A stretch of DNA of 64,000 nt from Chamaesiphon sp. OTE_75_metabat_95 (GCA_031387665.1 JANNDL010000195.1:113-64112); one strand, 5' to 3'; shown: positions 1 to 11,176, counted from the stretch's first letter. Numbers and translations are program-made. The notes: generated from the letters alone by a model not told the origin.

Positions 1-716
1 TGCTGTTGATAGGTATCATACAAACTCAATTCCTGTTTGAGGACGAACAGATGTTCCACTCGGTAATCTCCGACTAGTGCTGCGGCGATCTCTTCAATAC
101 TCCGTTTGGCACGAGGATCTTTCAATGATGCCAGTCGCTGTGGGTCGCGCTCACCAGACAAGATGGCTCGAATAATTGCCATTCCAGTTACGCCAGTGAC
201 ATCACTGACTACTCGATGCAGTTGCACATTCATTTCCGTTAATGCTTTTTGCATCCGCTGAATATGGACACTGGCACTTTTGGTTAAGCGGTCGCGCTGT
301 CGGATGTAGCTGCGAAATACGCATACTTGGTCGTCTGGGCGAAAAGAACCAGATAGTAATCCATAGCTGTGTAGCCTTTGCAGCCACTGACAATCTAGGA
401 CATCGCTCTTGCGACCAGGTACTGTTTTAACAAAACGAGCATTTACCAGCCGGACTTCTAATCCACTGGTTTCCAAGATTTGGAATAACGGAATCCAGTA
501 TACTCCGGTTGATTCCATTGCTACTGTGGTAATCCCTCGCGATTTTAGCCATTCGGCGATGGCGTACAGGTCGGCTGTGAAGCAGCTAAATTTACGAATT
601 GGTTCTGGATCTAGTTCTGCGGGGATACTCACCCAATGCTCCGAGGCTCCAATATCTATCCCTGCTGCTTGGGGATGAACTTGTGTCAGTTCCGGTTCTG
701 CTGGTAGTCGAACCAT
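1..716 (-). mobile_element. IS110-family transposase gene, 5' part (continues past the left edge of the window)
   Basis: Reverse-strand translation starts at ATG 716-714, with AAGGAGG just upstream. It reads MVRLPAEPELTQVHPQAAGIDIGASEHWV...AMESTGVYWIPLFQILE...GRKSDVLDCQWLQRLH...RAILSGERDPQRLASL and stays open to position 1. The GIDIG, METTG-like and K-S-D-x-x-D motifs are typical of IS110/IS1111 DEDD transposases. It is absent from the ORF track because no stop lies in the window. Confidence 0.85.
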
Positions 717-957
717 TTTTTCCTCCTTGTGGGTGAAGAATGAGTGCTCTGACCTGAGTGGGTCGCTGTAAAATCTTCTAAACGGGATAGGATGATTATT
801 CCTTCGCCAATCTCATCACCACGTAACTCAGAACCATGCTCGGATTCGGGCTGCTATCGCACCAGTGAGGCTTCGGTCTTGGCTGTCAGAACACATATCT
901 AGCATAATCGCTTGTGAGTGTCCTAGAGCAGTTTCTTTCATCCTTTAAACGACGTAA
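717..957 (-). other. Non-coding end of the IS110-family element upstream of its transposase (candidate guide/bridge-RNA region); the outer boundary is approximate
   Basis: About 240 nt with no plausible ORF lie between the transposase start and the point where the truncated receiver-domain frame opens (about 958). Confidence 0.35.
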
Positions 958-1239
<282 letters not shown>

Positions 1240-1579
1240 CCGATCGATCTATTTTTTGTGATAATTGCTACTAAAATCTTTGATTCGATCTTCAATTTAT
1301 GGATGATCGATCAATGCTTAGTATGTTTTTTTACATTGTATTTAGCTTTCTTCTTACTTGTGCTGTCCCTAGCAAAACTCCAGCTAGCTCTTGCGATTGG
1401 AGGTTGAATCCTCATCACTAATCCGATCAAAGAACTCTAGTTAACACGGAGGCTAAATACGATTAATGTAACAAAAAATATTAGCTTGTTATTTTTTGTG
1501 TTCATATGCTAACATTAGGCAAAGTATCGTAACGCTCTGTAAAGAAACAAGAAATTATCTACCAAAATCGAGGATTTTA

Positions 1580-3514
1580 ATGACTAATTTTGATGATATC
1601 GCTACAGTATCAGAGCTAACCGATCTACCTGAAAGTATTTCTAATAATCCGGCACACCTGGAAAATCAAGTTTCAATTGAGCGTCATTCTCAAGCTGGAT
1701 TCGATCCAGAACAATTAGTCCCCAACCAAACATATGTAGATTGTGGAGTTGAGAAACTAACTGCTCTGTGTGAATCAGTTGGCTTAAATCACAAAATTGA
1801 CCAAATTATTGCGATATTTCGATCGATCTCCACTTCCTGGGGTGATAAAACCGTTGGCGATACAACCTGGCAATCAGATGTTTCTGATGATGCCACTCCA
1901 TTTGAGTTTTCGATCGCTTTAGATCCAGATAAAGTAGAACTCCGCGTATTAGTAGAAGCTCAAGGTAGTGAGGCAAATCTCCAATCCAACTGGCAAGCTG
2001 GACTAGAATTAAATCAATATTTAGCTGCAAACTATAGCGTTAATCTCGATCGATTCGAGCAGATTGCTGACCTCTACGCACCGACTAATTCAACTGCAAA
2101 ATTCTCAATTTGGCACGCTGTTTGCTTCTATCCTGACAAAGAGCCAGCGTTTAAACTCTATCTCAACCCCCAATCCCAATCCCAGAGCCGCTCCGCCGCA
2201 ATCGTTGAAGAATCACTAGTCCGCCTGGGATTCACCCACGCTTGGCCGACATTGGCTGAGACATCCGCTCAACGTGGCCCCGACAAGGACGAATTTGTCT
2301 ACTTCTCCCTCGATCTCGCCGCTCATGCTCAAGCACGAGTCAAAGTCTATCTCCGCCATCATGATGCCACCCCAGCCGAGCTAGAATCAGCTCTGAGTGC
2401 TGCTCAGAACTATGTCTCTGGTGATGCGATCGAATTCTGCCAAGCAATGGCACCAGACCAAACCTCATTCTCCGCGAAATCCGCGATTACTTGTTTTTCC
2501 TTCATCGCCGGAGATGATGACGCGCCTTCAAATGGGACGCTGTACATACCAGTTTCCAACTATGCCAATGACGATCGAGCTGTCTGCGACAGGCTCGATC
2601 TATACTTTATTCAACATGGTCTACCCGTTTCCAGATATCAGTCCGCAATCCAATCCTTTGCAACTCGCAGCCTAGAGTCAGGAATTGGGATGCATTCTTA
2701 TGTCTCGTTCCGTCGAGAACAACACCAACGTCGCATCAGCCTCTATCTAAATCCAGAAGCAAATACCGTTCGCGCTCCAGGAACGATACCTGCAATAAAA
2801 TCAAAACATTCTTTAACTTCCGTCGAAGAGATGGTGTGGAAATATTATGAAGAAAATACACTAGCACATCATCCATTTTTACAACGATTGCAGCGAGAGC
2901 CAGTGAATCCACAACACCTTTGGCTAGTGTTCATGAATTTTCACGAAGCAGTCAATCACTTTACTCGCCGACTCGCTGTTATTATCGCCAGAGTTGATGA
3001 TGAAAGAATTCGTTGTCTTCTTGCCAGTCAGTTAAATGAAGAGTTAGGTAGTGGAAACATTGAGCACAATCACAAAAAACTTTTCGATCGATTAATAGTT
3101 AATATCGAGCCTTGGAAAATAGAATCTTTTACTGAAGAGATGTTGATTCCAGGTAAAGAATTTAGTCAAAGTTTAGATAAGATTTATTCAGCCCCAGATT
3201 CAGATCCCTATGGAGGTGTGGGTGCAGGGATCCTAATGGAAATTCAAGCGGAACAATTCGATCGATGTTTGGCTAATGAATGCCGGAAGACTGATATAGA
3301 TCTTTCAGCCATTACATGGCTGATACTTCACGAGGAAATAGAAGCCGATCATGCTGATGAATCAGTTGTTATTGCTCGATTAGCTGATGATTCATCAGGA
3401 GGATTAGCCGCTATTGAAGGATCGCGGAATGCACGCACAGCCTCATGGAAGCTATTAAACGATTTATATCGACTCTGTTATTGTGCAATCCCATTGAATG
3501 TATCCTCTATCTAA
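1580..3514 (+). CDS. Fusion protein: DMATS-type (ABBA) aromatic prenyltransferase domain plus a C-terminal heme-oxygenase-like di-iron (iron-containing redox enzyme, PF14518-like) domain
   Basis: The ATG at 1580 is preceded by GAGGA; the ORF track starts earlier at a TTG (1496). The N-terminal ~430 aa carry PT-barrel strand motifs: TPFEFSIALD, FKLYLNP, ARVKVYLRH (R-x-K-x-Y), GTLYIPV and RISLYLNP. The C-terminal ~230 aa are helical with paired E/H motifs (NEELGSGNIEHNHKKLF and LHEEIEADHADE). Confidence 0.6.
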   Translation: MTNFDDIATVSELTDLPESISNNPAHLENQVSIERHSQAGFDPEQLVPNQTYVDCGVEKLTALCESVGLNHKIDQIIAIFRSISTSWGDKTVGDTTWQSDVSDDATPFEFSIALDPDKVELRVLVEAQGSEANLQSNWQAGLELNQYLAANYSVNLDRFEQIADLYAPTNSTAKFSIWHAVCFYPDKEPAFKLYLNPQSQSQSRSAAIVEESLVRLGFTHAWPTLAETSAQRGPDKDEFVYFSLDLAAHAQARVKVYLRHHDATPAELESALSAAQNYVSGDAIEFCQAMAPDQTSFSAKSAITCFSFIAGDDDAPSNGTLYIPVSNYANDDRAVCDRLDLYFIQHGLPVSRYQSAIQSFATRSLESGIGMHSYVSFRREQHQRRISLYLNPEANTVRAPGTIPAIKSKHSLTSVEEMVWKYYEENTLAHHPFLQRLQREPVNPQHLWLVFMNFHEAVNHFTRRLAVIIARVDDERIRCLLASQLNEELGSGNIEHNHKKLFDRLIVNIEPWKIESFTEEMLIPGKEFSQSLDKIYSAPDSDPYGGVGAGILMEIQAEQFDRCLANECRKTDIDLSAITWLILHEEIEADHADESVVIARLADDSSGGLAAIEGSRNARTASWKLLNDLYRLCYCAIPLNVSSI

Positions 3515-3732
3515 AATTTGACACTTTCCGCTCTAAACTTAACACTAGTCATTGAATTGAGACGTTACCGATGTAAATTACAGTTTGTACGCTGGGAAAG
3601 CTAGATCATAGGTGATAGAACAGCTAGTAAATTTACCCTCAACTATCTAATTGCTATGCATAGCTTAGTGATTCTATATTGAAGGTTATTTACTAGGCAT
3701 CTTCACTATAGTCGCAGATTGGGAGCTAGAAC

Positions 3733-6700
3733 ATGAAGACGATCAGATGTGTGCCAGGGTATCGGATTACTGAAGAAGCTCACGTTGGTACTCGTACCAT
3801 CATCTATCGCGGGATCAGAGAGTGCGATCTATACCCAGTCACGATCGAATTGTTGCGAAATCCATTTCCTAGCTCCCAAGAGCTACTGACGTTCAGAAAT
3901 AAATATGATATTGGCAAAGATCTCGATCTGCCCCATGTTGTCAAAACCCTCGCATTAGAACCCTATCAAAACGCCTACGCACTCGTGCTGGCAGATGGTG
4001 GGGGTATTTTATTGGAATCCTATTTAGAACAAGTCGGAGCTTTTGGAAGCCAGCCAGAATCACAAGTTAGATTTATTCAGATTGCCATTCAGATTGCCGA
4101 AGCCTTAGAAGGGTTGTATTGTCAGCGCGTAATTCATAAGGATATCAAACCTGCCAATATTCTGATCCAACCAGAAACACAGCAGATTGAGCTGACTAAT
4201 TTTGGTATTTCCTCACGATTGCCGAAGGAAACCCAAGAAATAAAAAATGCCAATATGTTAGCCGGAACGCTGGCATATATGGCTCCAGAACAGACGGGGC
4301 GGATGAATCGTGGGATTGACTATCGGTGTGATTTTTATACACTCGGAGTGACTTGCTACCAACTGTTGACGGGACAATTACCCTTTATTTCCAATGATCC
4401 GATGGAGTTGGTGCATTGTCATCTTGCCAAACAGCCAATTCCAGTTCATCAAGTCCAGTCAACTATTCCGCCAATGCTCTCAACAATTGTCAGCAAGTTG
4501 ATGGCAAAAAATGCCGAAGATCGCTATCAAAATGCACTGGGATTGAAGCACGATCTTCAGATTTGTCTGGCTCAGTTGCAGCAGACAGGCAAGATTGAAT
4601 CATTTACACTTGCAGAGCAAGATCCTAGCGATCGTTTTCTCATCCCCGAACAACTGTATGGGCGGGAGCCAGAAGTTTCTACTCTACTCAATGCCTTTGA
4701 GCGAGTCAGTAAGGGTATCGCCGAAATCGTTCTAGTAGCGGGATCTTCTGGGATTGGCAAGACTGTTGTAGTCCAAGAAATCCACAAACCAATTGTGCGG
4801 CAACGAGGATACTTTATTAGAGGAAAGTACGATCAGTTTCAACGCAACATTCCATTTTCAGCTTTTGTCCAAGCTTTCGGCGATTTAATGGAGCAATTGC
4901 TATCAGAATCAGATTCCCAACTTCAAACTTGGAAGACGCAAATTCTCGCAGTTGTTGGTGAAAATGGACAAATATTGATTGATGTAATTCCTGAATTGGA
5001 GCGGATCATCGGGCAGCAGCAACCAGCTCCAGAATTATCTGGCGGTGCGGCACAGCAGCGATTCAATCTCTTGATTCAGAAATTTGTACGGTTGTTTACA
5101 ACTGCGGCACATCCACTGGTGCTGTTTCTTGACGATCTCCAATGGGCAGATTTGGCATCTTTGAATTTACTCCAATTGTTGATGCAAGATGCGGGCTATT
5201 TTTTAATTATCGGAGCTTATCGCGACAATGAAGTTTCGCCAATTCACCCGTCAATATTGGCATTTGAGGAAATTGAAAAAACTGGAGTAGTAATCAATAC
5301 GATCGAACTTACACCCCTAACTCAGACTGATCTGAATCGGTTAGTAGCTGATACCTTAAATTGTGATCTAGTTGTCGCTCAACCACTAGCAGAATTAGTA
5401 GAACTCAAAACGCAAGGCAATCCCTTTTTTGTAACTCAATTCCTCAAGGCGTTATATGAAGATGGACTGATTCATTTTAATCGCTTGAGTCAGGATGGAA
5501 TCGGTGGATGGAGTTGCGATCTTGCCCAAATCAAATCTGTAGCTGTCACCGATGATGTGGTGGAATTTATGGCATTGCAACTTCAAAAACTGCCGATCAG
5601 AACTCAATATGCACTCACTTTAGCTGCATGTATTGGATCGCAATTCGATTTGGATACTCTAGCGATTATTTCAGAGCAGTCGCCAGCGGATACAGCCGCA
5701 GCACTGTGGGCAGGATTAGAGGAAAATTTACTAATCCCCACTTCTGAAACCTACAAATTATTTACTAATGTCGATCTCCGATCGACATCAACGGCAGAAA
5801 CTAATCCCGTTTATCGCTTTCTCCACGATCGAATCCAACAAGCGGCTTATTCGCTTATTTATGACGATCGAAAGCAAGAAACTCATTTTAAAATTGGACA
5901 GCTACTCTATCAAAATTCTTCAGAGGTTGCCAGACAAGAAAGACTATTTGATATTGCAGGACATTTGAATGTAGCTCGATCGTTAATTACGCAATCAAAA
6001 GATCGATCTGCACTAGCTCGACTGAATCTCAATGCAGGGAAGAAAGCTAGATCTGCGACTGCATATGCAGCCGCAAGTGCTTATTTACAAACAGGGATCG
6101 AAATCTTGGCTAGTAATTGCTGGGAAACTGATTACCAGCTAACTTTAGATCTTCATGTTGAAGCCGCTGGAACTGCCTACCTAGAAGGAAATTTAGTCCA
6201 GATGGAAGAGATTGCCGCTACTGTATTGCGATCGGCACGAACAATTTCAGATAAAGTTGAAATCTATAGAATCCAAATTGCTGCACTAACAGTAAACGGT
6301 AAAATGTTAGAAGCAGTTATTATTGGTAAAAGCGCATTAAGCCAATTAGATATTGAACTGCCCAATACATTTGATGAAATTGAAAATGATAAAACGCTTT
6401 CAAATCTTGCAAATCAAATGGAAGGCAGACAAATTGAAGATCTATTAGATTTACCATTGATGAGCAATCTTTCCGCAGAGTTGACAATGAAACTGTTGAC
6501 GGATTTATGTGCGCCTATTTTTATTGCAATGCCAAGCTTATATCCTATTATTAGTGCAAGGATGGTAAGTCTATCACTTCTATTTGGTAATACATCTGCA
6601 TCAACATTAGGGTATGTAAATTATGGACTAGTATTGAGCAGTTTTTCAGGCGATGTAGAAAGGGGCTACCGCTTTGGAAATTTGGCATTGAATTTAACAG

Positions 6701-9096
6701 ATAGTTTGAATTCGGGTGAATTCAGAAGTAGAAATCTGTTTCTATTTGCTAACTGGATTCAACATCGCAGTCAATCTATTCGTAAGGTAATGCCAATTTT
6801 AAAAGATGGTTATATGTCTTGCTTAGAGACTGGAGATTTTTTAAATATCGGATACAGTATTAGTTGCTACTTTGATACCAAGTTACTTTGCGGAATAGAA
6901 TTAAGCAGTTGGGAATCTGAAATATCACTTTATATCAAAGAAATAGAACAAATTAAACAGTATTCTGCACAAGCCTATCTAGCAATGAAACAGCAGATAG
7001 CAAAGAATCTTATCGTCAATGGTAGTCAGTCAAATCATCTAATTGGTAGTGCTTATGATGAAAGAGAGATGATTCCCAAGCATCTTGAGACTGGAGATCT
7101 TACTGCTCTTGCTTACGTGTATATCTATAAATTGATGCTGGCTTATTTATTTGGCGATCATCTGGCGGCAAGAGAGAATGTTACTCAAGGTGAAAAGTAT
7201 TTGATGGCGGTTTCAGGGATGATTCCGATTCCAGTATTTCACTTTTATGCAGCATTGACGCAGTTAGCACTGTTTTCCAGTCAGTCAGCATCAGAGCAGA
7301 TTGAAACCTTGGTTCAAGTAGATATCCACCAAGGGACGATCGATCTATGGGCACAAACTGCACCAATGAATTATCGTCACAAATGGGATTTGATTGAGGC
7401 TAAAAAACAGCGGGTACTTGGAAATAAAGCAGCCGCAATCGAACATTACGATCGAGCAATTGCAGGTGCAAAGGAACATCAGTTTGTCAATGAAGAAGCC
7501 TTAGCCAATGAACTAGCTGCCAAATTCTATCTAGATTGGGATAAAGAAAAATTAGCTCAAGCTTACATGATGGAAGCATATTACTGTTATGCTCGTTGGG
7601 GTGCAAACGCAAAAGTTGAGCATTTGAATACACTCTATCCTCAACTTTTGTCGCCAATTCTGCAACCAGATCCGTTGAATTTCTCTGCGCCAGAAAACAC
7701 CGATCTGAGTAGTTCTTTGATGCGTGACTCCACATTTTTAGATTTGGATACTTTGCTCAAAGCTTCGCGAACTATTTCCCAAGAAATTGGACTCGATCGA
7801 TTAATTGCCAATCTATTGGAGATGGTGATTGCCAATGCTGGTGCCGATCTGTGTGTGCTAGTTCTGAACAAAGACGATGATTTGCAGGTAGTTGCCAAGG
7901 CAAAAGTAGGTCAAAAGCCCCAGTTGTTACCGCCGATTTCTTTCGATCGAAGTACCGATTTGGCAGTTAGTTTGGTAAACAGAGTTGCCCGTAGTCTAGA
8001 GCCAATTTTGCTTGGCTCTGGCGATCCGATCCGGTTTGCTGGAGATATTTACCTGGAAACATATCAACCAAAGAGTGTTTTGTGTACTCCCATTCTCAAG
8101 CGAGGTAGATTGATTGGAATCTTATATCTCGAAAACCAATTTACCACTGGTGCCTTTACTCGCGATCGAATTGAAACGCTGGAAGTCCTAATGGCTCAAG
8201 CGGCAATCAGCATCGAAAACGCCAAACTGTACACCGAGTTGCAAGCATCATTTGCAGATCTCGAACTAAAAATCGAAGCCCGCACGATCGAACTCAAAGC
8301 CGCCAAAGAACTGGCAGAATCAGCCGAGCGCACCAAGACTAGTTTCTTTAATAATATGAGTCACGAACTCCGCACGCCGCTAAATGCGATCCTGGGGATG
8401 TCAGAAGGATTGATTGAACAGGTGCATGGTGCTCTCAATCCCAAACAACTCCGATGCAGCCAAGTCATCAATAGCAGCGGCACTCATCTACTGGGATTAA
8501 TCGATGATATTCTGGACTTGGCAAAAATAGAAGCTGGGAAGCTAGAGCTAGATTGTGCCCTGACGAATATTTCGCAGCTCTGTGATGCCAGTATTTTATT
8601 TGTCGAACCCCAGGCTCACAAGAAACAGATTCAAGTAGCCATAAATATCTCCGCTGATTTGCCAGATCTCCTCATTGATGAACGTCGGATTCGCCAAGTT
8701 TTGATTAATTTACTTGGTAATGCGGTCAAATTCACGCCAGAACATGGTCGGATCGACTTGGAAATCACCCACATTGTCACCGCCCAAAATGATTGGATTC
8801 AAATGACGGTGATTGATACAGGGATTGGCATTGCTGCCGCAGATCTCGATCGATTATTTCAGCCCTTTGTCCAAGTTGATAGTACCTTGAGTCGCACGGC
8901 GCAAGGGACAGGGTTGGGCTTAAATCTCGTCCGGGAGCTAGTGGAACTGCATGGTGGGAGAGTTGGTGTCACTAGCGAGATTGGTGTTGGTAGTCGATTT
9001 ACTGTCGATTTGCCCTGTGGGAATACGCCATTTATCTTTCCACTCGCCACTGGGAAGCTTGGATACTCACGTCTTGAACCAGTACAAGAAGATTAG
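3733..9096 (+). CDS. Multidomain sensor: Hanks Ser/Thr kinase, AAA/STAND-like ATPase, TPR-like helical region, GAF, HisKA and HATPase_c
   Basis: 1787-aa ORF. Kinase motifs are HKDIKPANIL, TLAYMAPE and the conserved AEDRYQ segment. The P-loop is VAGSSGIGKT, with LFLDDLQWAD as Walker B. A GAF region spans 7.7-8.2 kb. The H-box is NMSHELRTPLN, and N/G boxes are LLGNAVKFT, DTGIGI and GTGLGLNLV. Confidence 0.9.
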   Translation: MKTIRCVPGYRITEEAHVGTRTIIYRGIRECDLYPVTIELLRNPFPSSQELLTFRNKYDIGKDLDLPHVVKTLALEPYQNAYALVLADGGGILLESYLEQVGAFGSQPESQVRFIQIAIQIAEALEGLYCQRVIHKDIKPANILIQPETQQIELTNFGISSRLPKETQEIKNANMLAGTLAYMAPEQTGRMNRGIDYRCDFYTLGVTCYQLLTGQLPFISNDPMELVHCHLAKQPIPVHQVQSTIPPMLSTIVSKLMAKNAEDRYQNALGLKHDLQICLAQLQQTGKIESFTLAEQDPSDRFLIPEQLYGREPEVSTLLNAFERVSKGIAEIVLVAGSSGIGKTVVVQEIHKPIVRQRGYFIRGKYDQFQRNIPFSAFVQAFGDLMEQLLSESDSQLQTWKTQILAVVGENGQILIDVIPELERIIGQQQPAPELSGGAAQQRFNLLIQKFVRLFTTAAHPLVLFLDDLQWADLASLNLLQLLMQDAGYFLIIGAYRDNEVSPIHPSILAFEEIEKTGVVINTIELTPLTQTDLNRLVADTLNCDLVVAQPLAELVELKTQGNPFFVTQFLKALYEDGLIHFNRLSQDGIGGWSCDLAQIKSVAVTDDVVEFMALQLQKLPIRTQYALTLAACIGSQFDLDTLAIISEQSPADTAAALWAGLEENLLIPTSETYKLFTNVDLRSTSTAETNPVYRFLHDRIQQAAYSLIYDDRKQETHFKIGQLLYQNSSEVARQERLFDIAGHLNVARSLITQSKDRSALARLNLNAGKKARSATAYAAASAYLQTGIEILASNCWETDYQLTLDLHVEAAGTAYLEGNLVQMEEIAATVLRSARTISDKVEIYRIQIAALTVNGKMLEAVIIGKSALSQLDIELPNTFDEIENDKTLSNLANQMEGRQIEDLLDLPLMSNLSAELTMKLLTDLCAPIFIAMPSLYPIISARMVSLSLLFGNTSASTLGYVNYGLVLSSFSGDVERGYRFGNLALNLTDSLNSGEFRSRNLFLFANWIQHRSQSIRKVMPILKDGYMSCLETGDFLNIGYSISCYFDTKLLCGIELSSWESEISLYIKEIEQIKQYSAQAYLAMKQQIAKNLIVNGSQSNHLIGSAYDEREMIPKHLETGDLTALAYVYIYKLMLAYLFGDHLAARENVTQGEKYLMAVSGMIPIPVFHFYAALTQLALFSSQSASEQIETLVQVDIHQGTIDLWAQTAPMNYRHKWDLIEAKKQRVLGNKAAAIEHYDRAIAGAKEHQFVNEEALANELAAKFYLDWDKEKLAQAYMMEAYYCYARWGANAKVEHLNTLYPQLLSPILQPDPLNFSAPENTDLSSSLMRDSTFLDLDTLLKASRTISQEIGLDRLIANLLEMVIANAGADLCVLVLNKDDDLQVVAKAKVGQKPQLLPPISFDRSTDLAVSLVNRVARSLEPILLGSGDPIRFAGDIYLETYQPKSVLCTPILKRGRLIGILYLENQFTTGAFTRDRIETLEVLMAQAAISIENAKLYTELQASFADLELKIEARTIELKAAKELAESAERTKTSFFNNMSHELRTPLNAILGMSEGLIEQVHGALNPKQLRCSQVINSSGTHLLGLIDDILDLAKIEAGKLELDCALTNISQLCDASILFVEPQAHKKQIQVAINISADLPDLLIDERRIRQVLINLLGNAVKFTPEHGRIDLEITHIVTAQNDWIQMTVIDTGIGIAAADLDRLFQPFVQVDSTLSRTAQGTGLGLNLVRELVELHGGRVGVTSEIGVGSRFTVDLPCGNTPFIFPLATGKLGYSRLEPVQED

Positions 9097-9350
9097 TAAT
9101 TAGCGTAGATCTTAGGGTTTTAGCAGTAATAGTATCTATGCATCGGTACAAGTCGTGAGCATATCAGCCCAACTTATAATCTGAATCAAAAAGTATAATT
9201 GTGTACTATATTGCCAAATTGAACCGCGCAACTGTATTCTGGATTGTAGAGTTTGCGAGAGTCTAATTGTTTTACTCAAGACAGATGAGTCAGTGATGCA
9301 GTTAAACAGGCTCAATAGTCGTAATGCACTTTAATATAAGGATTTAGATC

Positions 9351-11033
9351 GTGGCAGTACTCCAGAATAATGTTACCGCTTCTCCACTTACCCCGTGGTC
9401 GCAGAACTTGGTAGAGCCAACTATTCACCATACTGCTTACGTTCACGCTTTTTCCAACATTATCGGCGATGTCCGAATCGGTGAGAATGTAATGATCGCG
9501 CCAGGGATATCGATCCGAGCGGATGAGGGGGATCCATTCTCGATCGGTGCAAATACTAATATTCAAGATGGTGTAGTCATTCACGGGCTAGAACAGGGGC
9601 GGGTAAGCGGCGATGATGGCAAGCCTTACTCGGTGTGGATTGGCAACAATAGTTCGATCACCCACATGGCTCTGATTCACGGCCCTGCATACGTGGGCAA
9701 TGATTGCTTTATTGGCTTTCGATCGACAGTCTTCAATGCCACAGTCGGCAACGGTTGCGTGATCATGATGCACGCGCTGATTCAGGATGTCAAAATTGCG
9801 CCTGGTAAATATGTGCCATCAGGTGCAATCATCACCAACCAAGAGCAAGCAGACAGGCTCTCCGATGCCCAGCCAGACGATCGCGCCTTTGCCTCTCATA
9901 TCATTAGCATCAACGATTCATTACGGGCTGGCTATCGCTGTGTTGATGATGTTGAGTGCGTTGCACCTGACTACAACAACAGCCACGCTCATACTGGCCC
10001 CACCACACTAGATCTGCCGCTCAAACAAAATACGCAACATTCAAGCCTCCACCCAGACATCGTTAGCAGCGTTCACAACCTCCTGTCCCAAGGCTACCAA
10101 GTGGGCACCGAACATGCCAACAAACGTCGCTTCCAGACTAGTTCTTGGACTAGCTGTGCATCGTTTAATTCTCATAACGAAGGCGAAGTGCTCAAGCATC
10201 TCGAAAGTTGTCTCCAAGATCACCAGGGCGAATACGTGCGCCTAATCGGCATCGATACCAATGCCAAGCGACGGGTGCTGGAAACCATCATTCAACGCCC
10301 CACAGATCATCCTGGACAGTTTGAAGTTACCACTATTGGTCAGAAAGTCAGTTCGCCTAGTTCTAGTCCTGCTGTGAGCCATGCAGCTACCACTAGTGCG
10401 AGTTCCGACCTAGCCGCAACCATTCGGCAACTCCTCAACCAGGGCTGTAAAGTCGCGATCGAACGTGCCGATAAACGCCGATTCCAAACTAGTTCCTGGA
10501 CTAGCTGTGCTGCAATTGATTCCCAATCCGAATCCGCAATTCTTGCCGCAATTTCTGACTGTATTGCCAATCATCCTAATGATTATATCCGTGCGATCGG
10601 CATCGATACCCACGCAAAACGGCGCGTATCCGAACAAATCGTCCATCGCCCAGGACAATCGACTAGTGCTAGCAGCAGTACCAGCACTGCCAGCACTAGC
10701 TCTAGCACTACCAGCAGTAGCTTTAATACCAGCAGCAAAAGCACTCCAGCGAACACTACTAGCTCAGTCTTAGACCTCGATGCGATCGAGACAATATCCC
10801 GTCTCGTCGCCCAAGGTTGCGCGATCTTCACCGAATTTGCCGATGAACGCCGTAAAAAGAGCAACGCCTGGGAAACTGGCGGACAAGTCTCTGGACACAA
10901 TGCCGCTGAGGTGGTGAAATCTCTGGAATCGATCGTTCGTGATCGCTCCAAGTCATACGTCCGTGTCATCGGCGTAGATCAACAAGCCAAGAAGCGCGTA
11001 GCAGAAAAAATCATTCATCGCCCAGGCAAGTAA
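9351..11033 (+). CDS. ccmM: Carboxysome assembly protein CcmM (gamma-carbonic-anhydrase-like domain plus three RbcS-like SSUL repeats)
   Basis: GTG start. The N-terminus [60 protein letters not shown] is a left-handed beta-helix gamma-CA fold. Three ~85-aa repeats follow ([23 protein letters not shown]...[15 protein letters not shown] and so on), joined by Ser/Thr-rich linkers. Confidence 0.93.
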   Translation: MAVLQNNVTASPLTPWSQNLVEPTIHHTAYVHAFSNIIGDVRIGENVMIAPGISIRADEGDPFSIGANTNIQDGVVIHGLEQGRVSGDDGKPYSVWIGNNSSITHMALIHGPAYVGNDCFIGFRSTVFNATVGNGCVIMMHALIQDVKIAPGKYVPSGAIITNQEQADRLSDAQPDDRAFASHIISINDSLRAGYRCVDDVECVAPDYNNSHAHTGPTTLDLPLKQNTQHSSLHPDIVSSVHNLLSQGYQVGTEHANKRRFQTSSWTSCASFNSHNEGEVLKHLESCLQDHQGEYVRLIGIDTNAKRRVLETIIQRPTDHPGQFEVTTIGQKVSSPSSSPAVSHAATTSASSDLAATIRQLLNQGCKVAIERADKRRFQTSSWTSCAAIDSQSESAILAAISDCIANHPNDYIRAIGIDTHAKRRVSEQIVHRPGQSTSASSSTSTASTSSSTTSSSFNTSSKSTPANTTSSVLDLDAIETISRLVAQGCAIFTEFADERRKKSNAWETGGQVSGHNAAEVVKSLESIVRDRSKSYVRVIGVDQQAKKRVAEKIIHRPGK

Positions 11034-11036
11034 CCT

Positions 11037-11176
11037 AAAATCCCCTCTTGGGAGGGGTGCCTGAAAGGCGGGGTGGGTAGATCTGCGCTTTTATCAAAGA
11101 TCTTAGAATACCTGGAGTTCGATCGTAGATCTTTACCCACCCCGCCCTACGGGCACCCCTCCGAGGAGGGGATTTC
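11037..11176. repeat. About 140-bp near-perfect palindromic element (MITE-like, possibly also the ccmM terminator)
   Basis: The left arm is AAAATCCCCTCTTGGGAGGGGTGCCTGAAAGGCGGGGTGGGTAGATCT. The right arm, AGATCTTTACCCACCCCGCCCTACGGGCACCCCTCCGAGGAGGGGATTT, is its reverse complement with a few mismatches. A related CCCCTCTCCCAACATTGGGAGAGGGG hairpin lies at about 18068-18093. Confidence 0.7.

Noticed and set aside
10020-11030. Three ~250-nt direct repeats
   Set aside because: They are the three RbcS-like SSUL domains of CcmM, which is normal domain repetition and not a mobile or duplicated element. The antisense and alternative-frame ORFs listed at 10340-10969 are artefacts of the Ser/Thr-rich low-complexity coding sequence.
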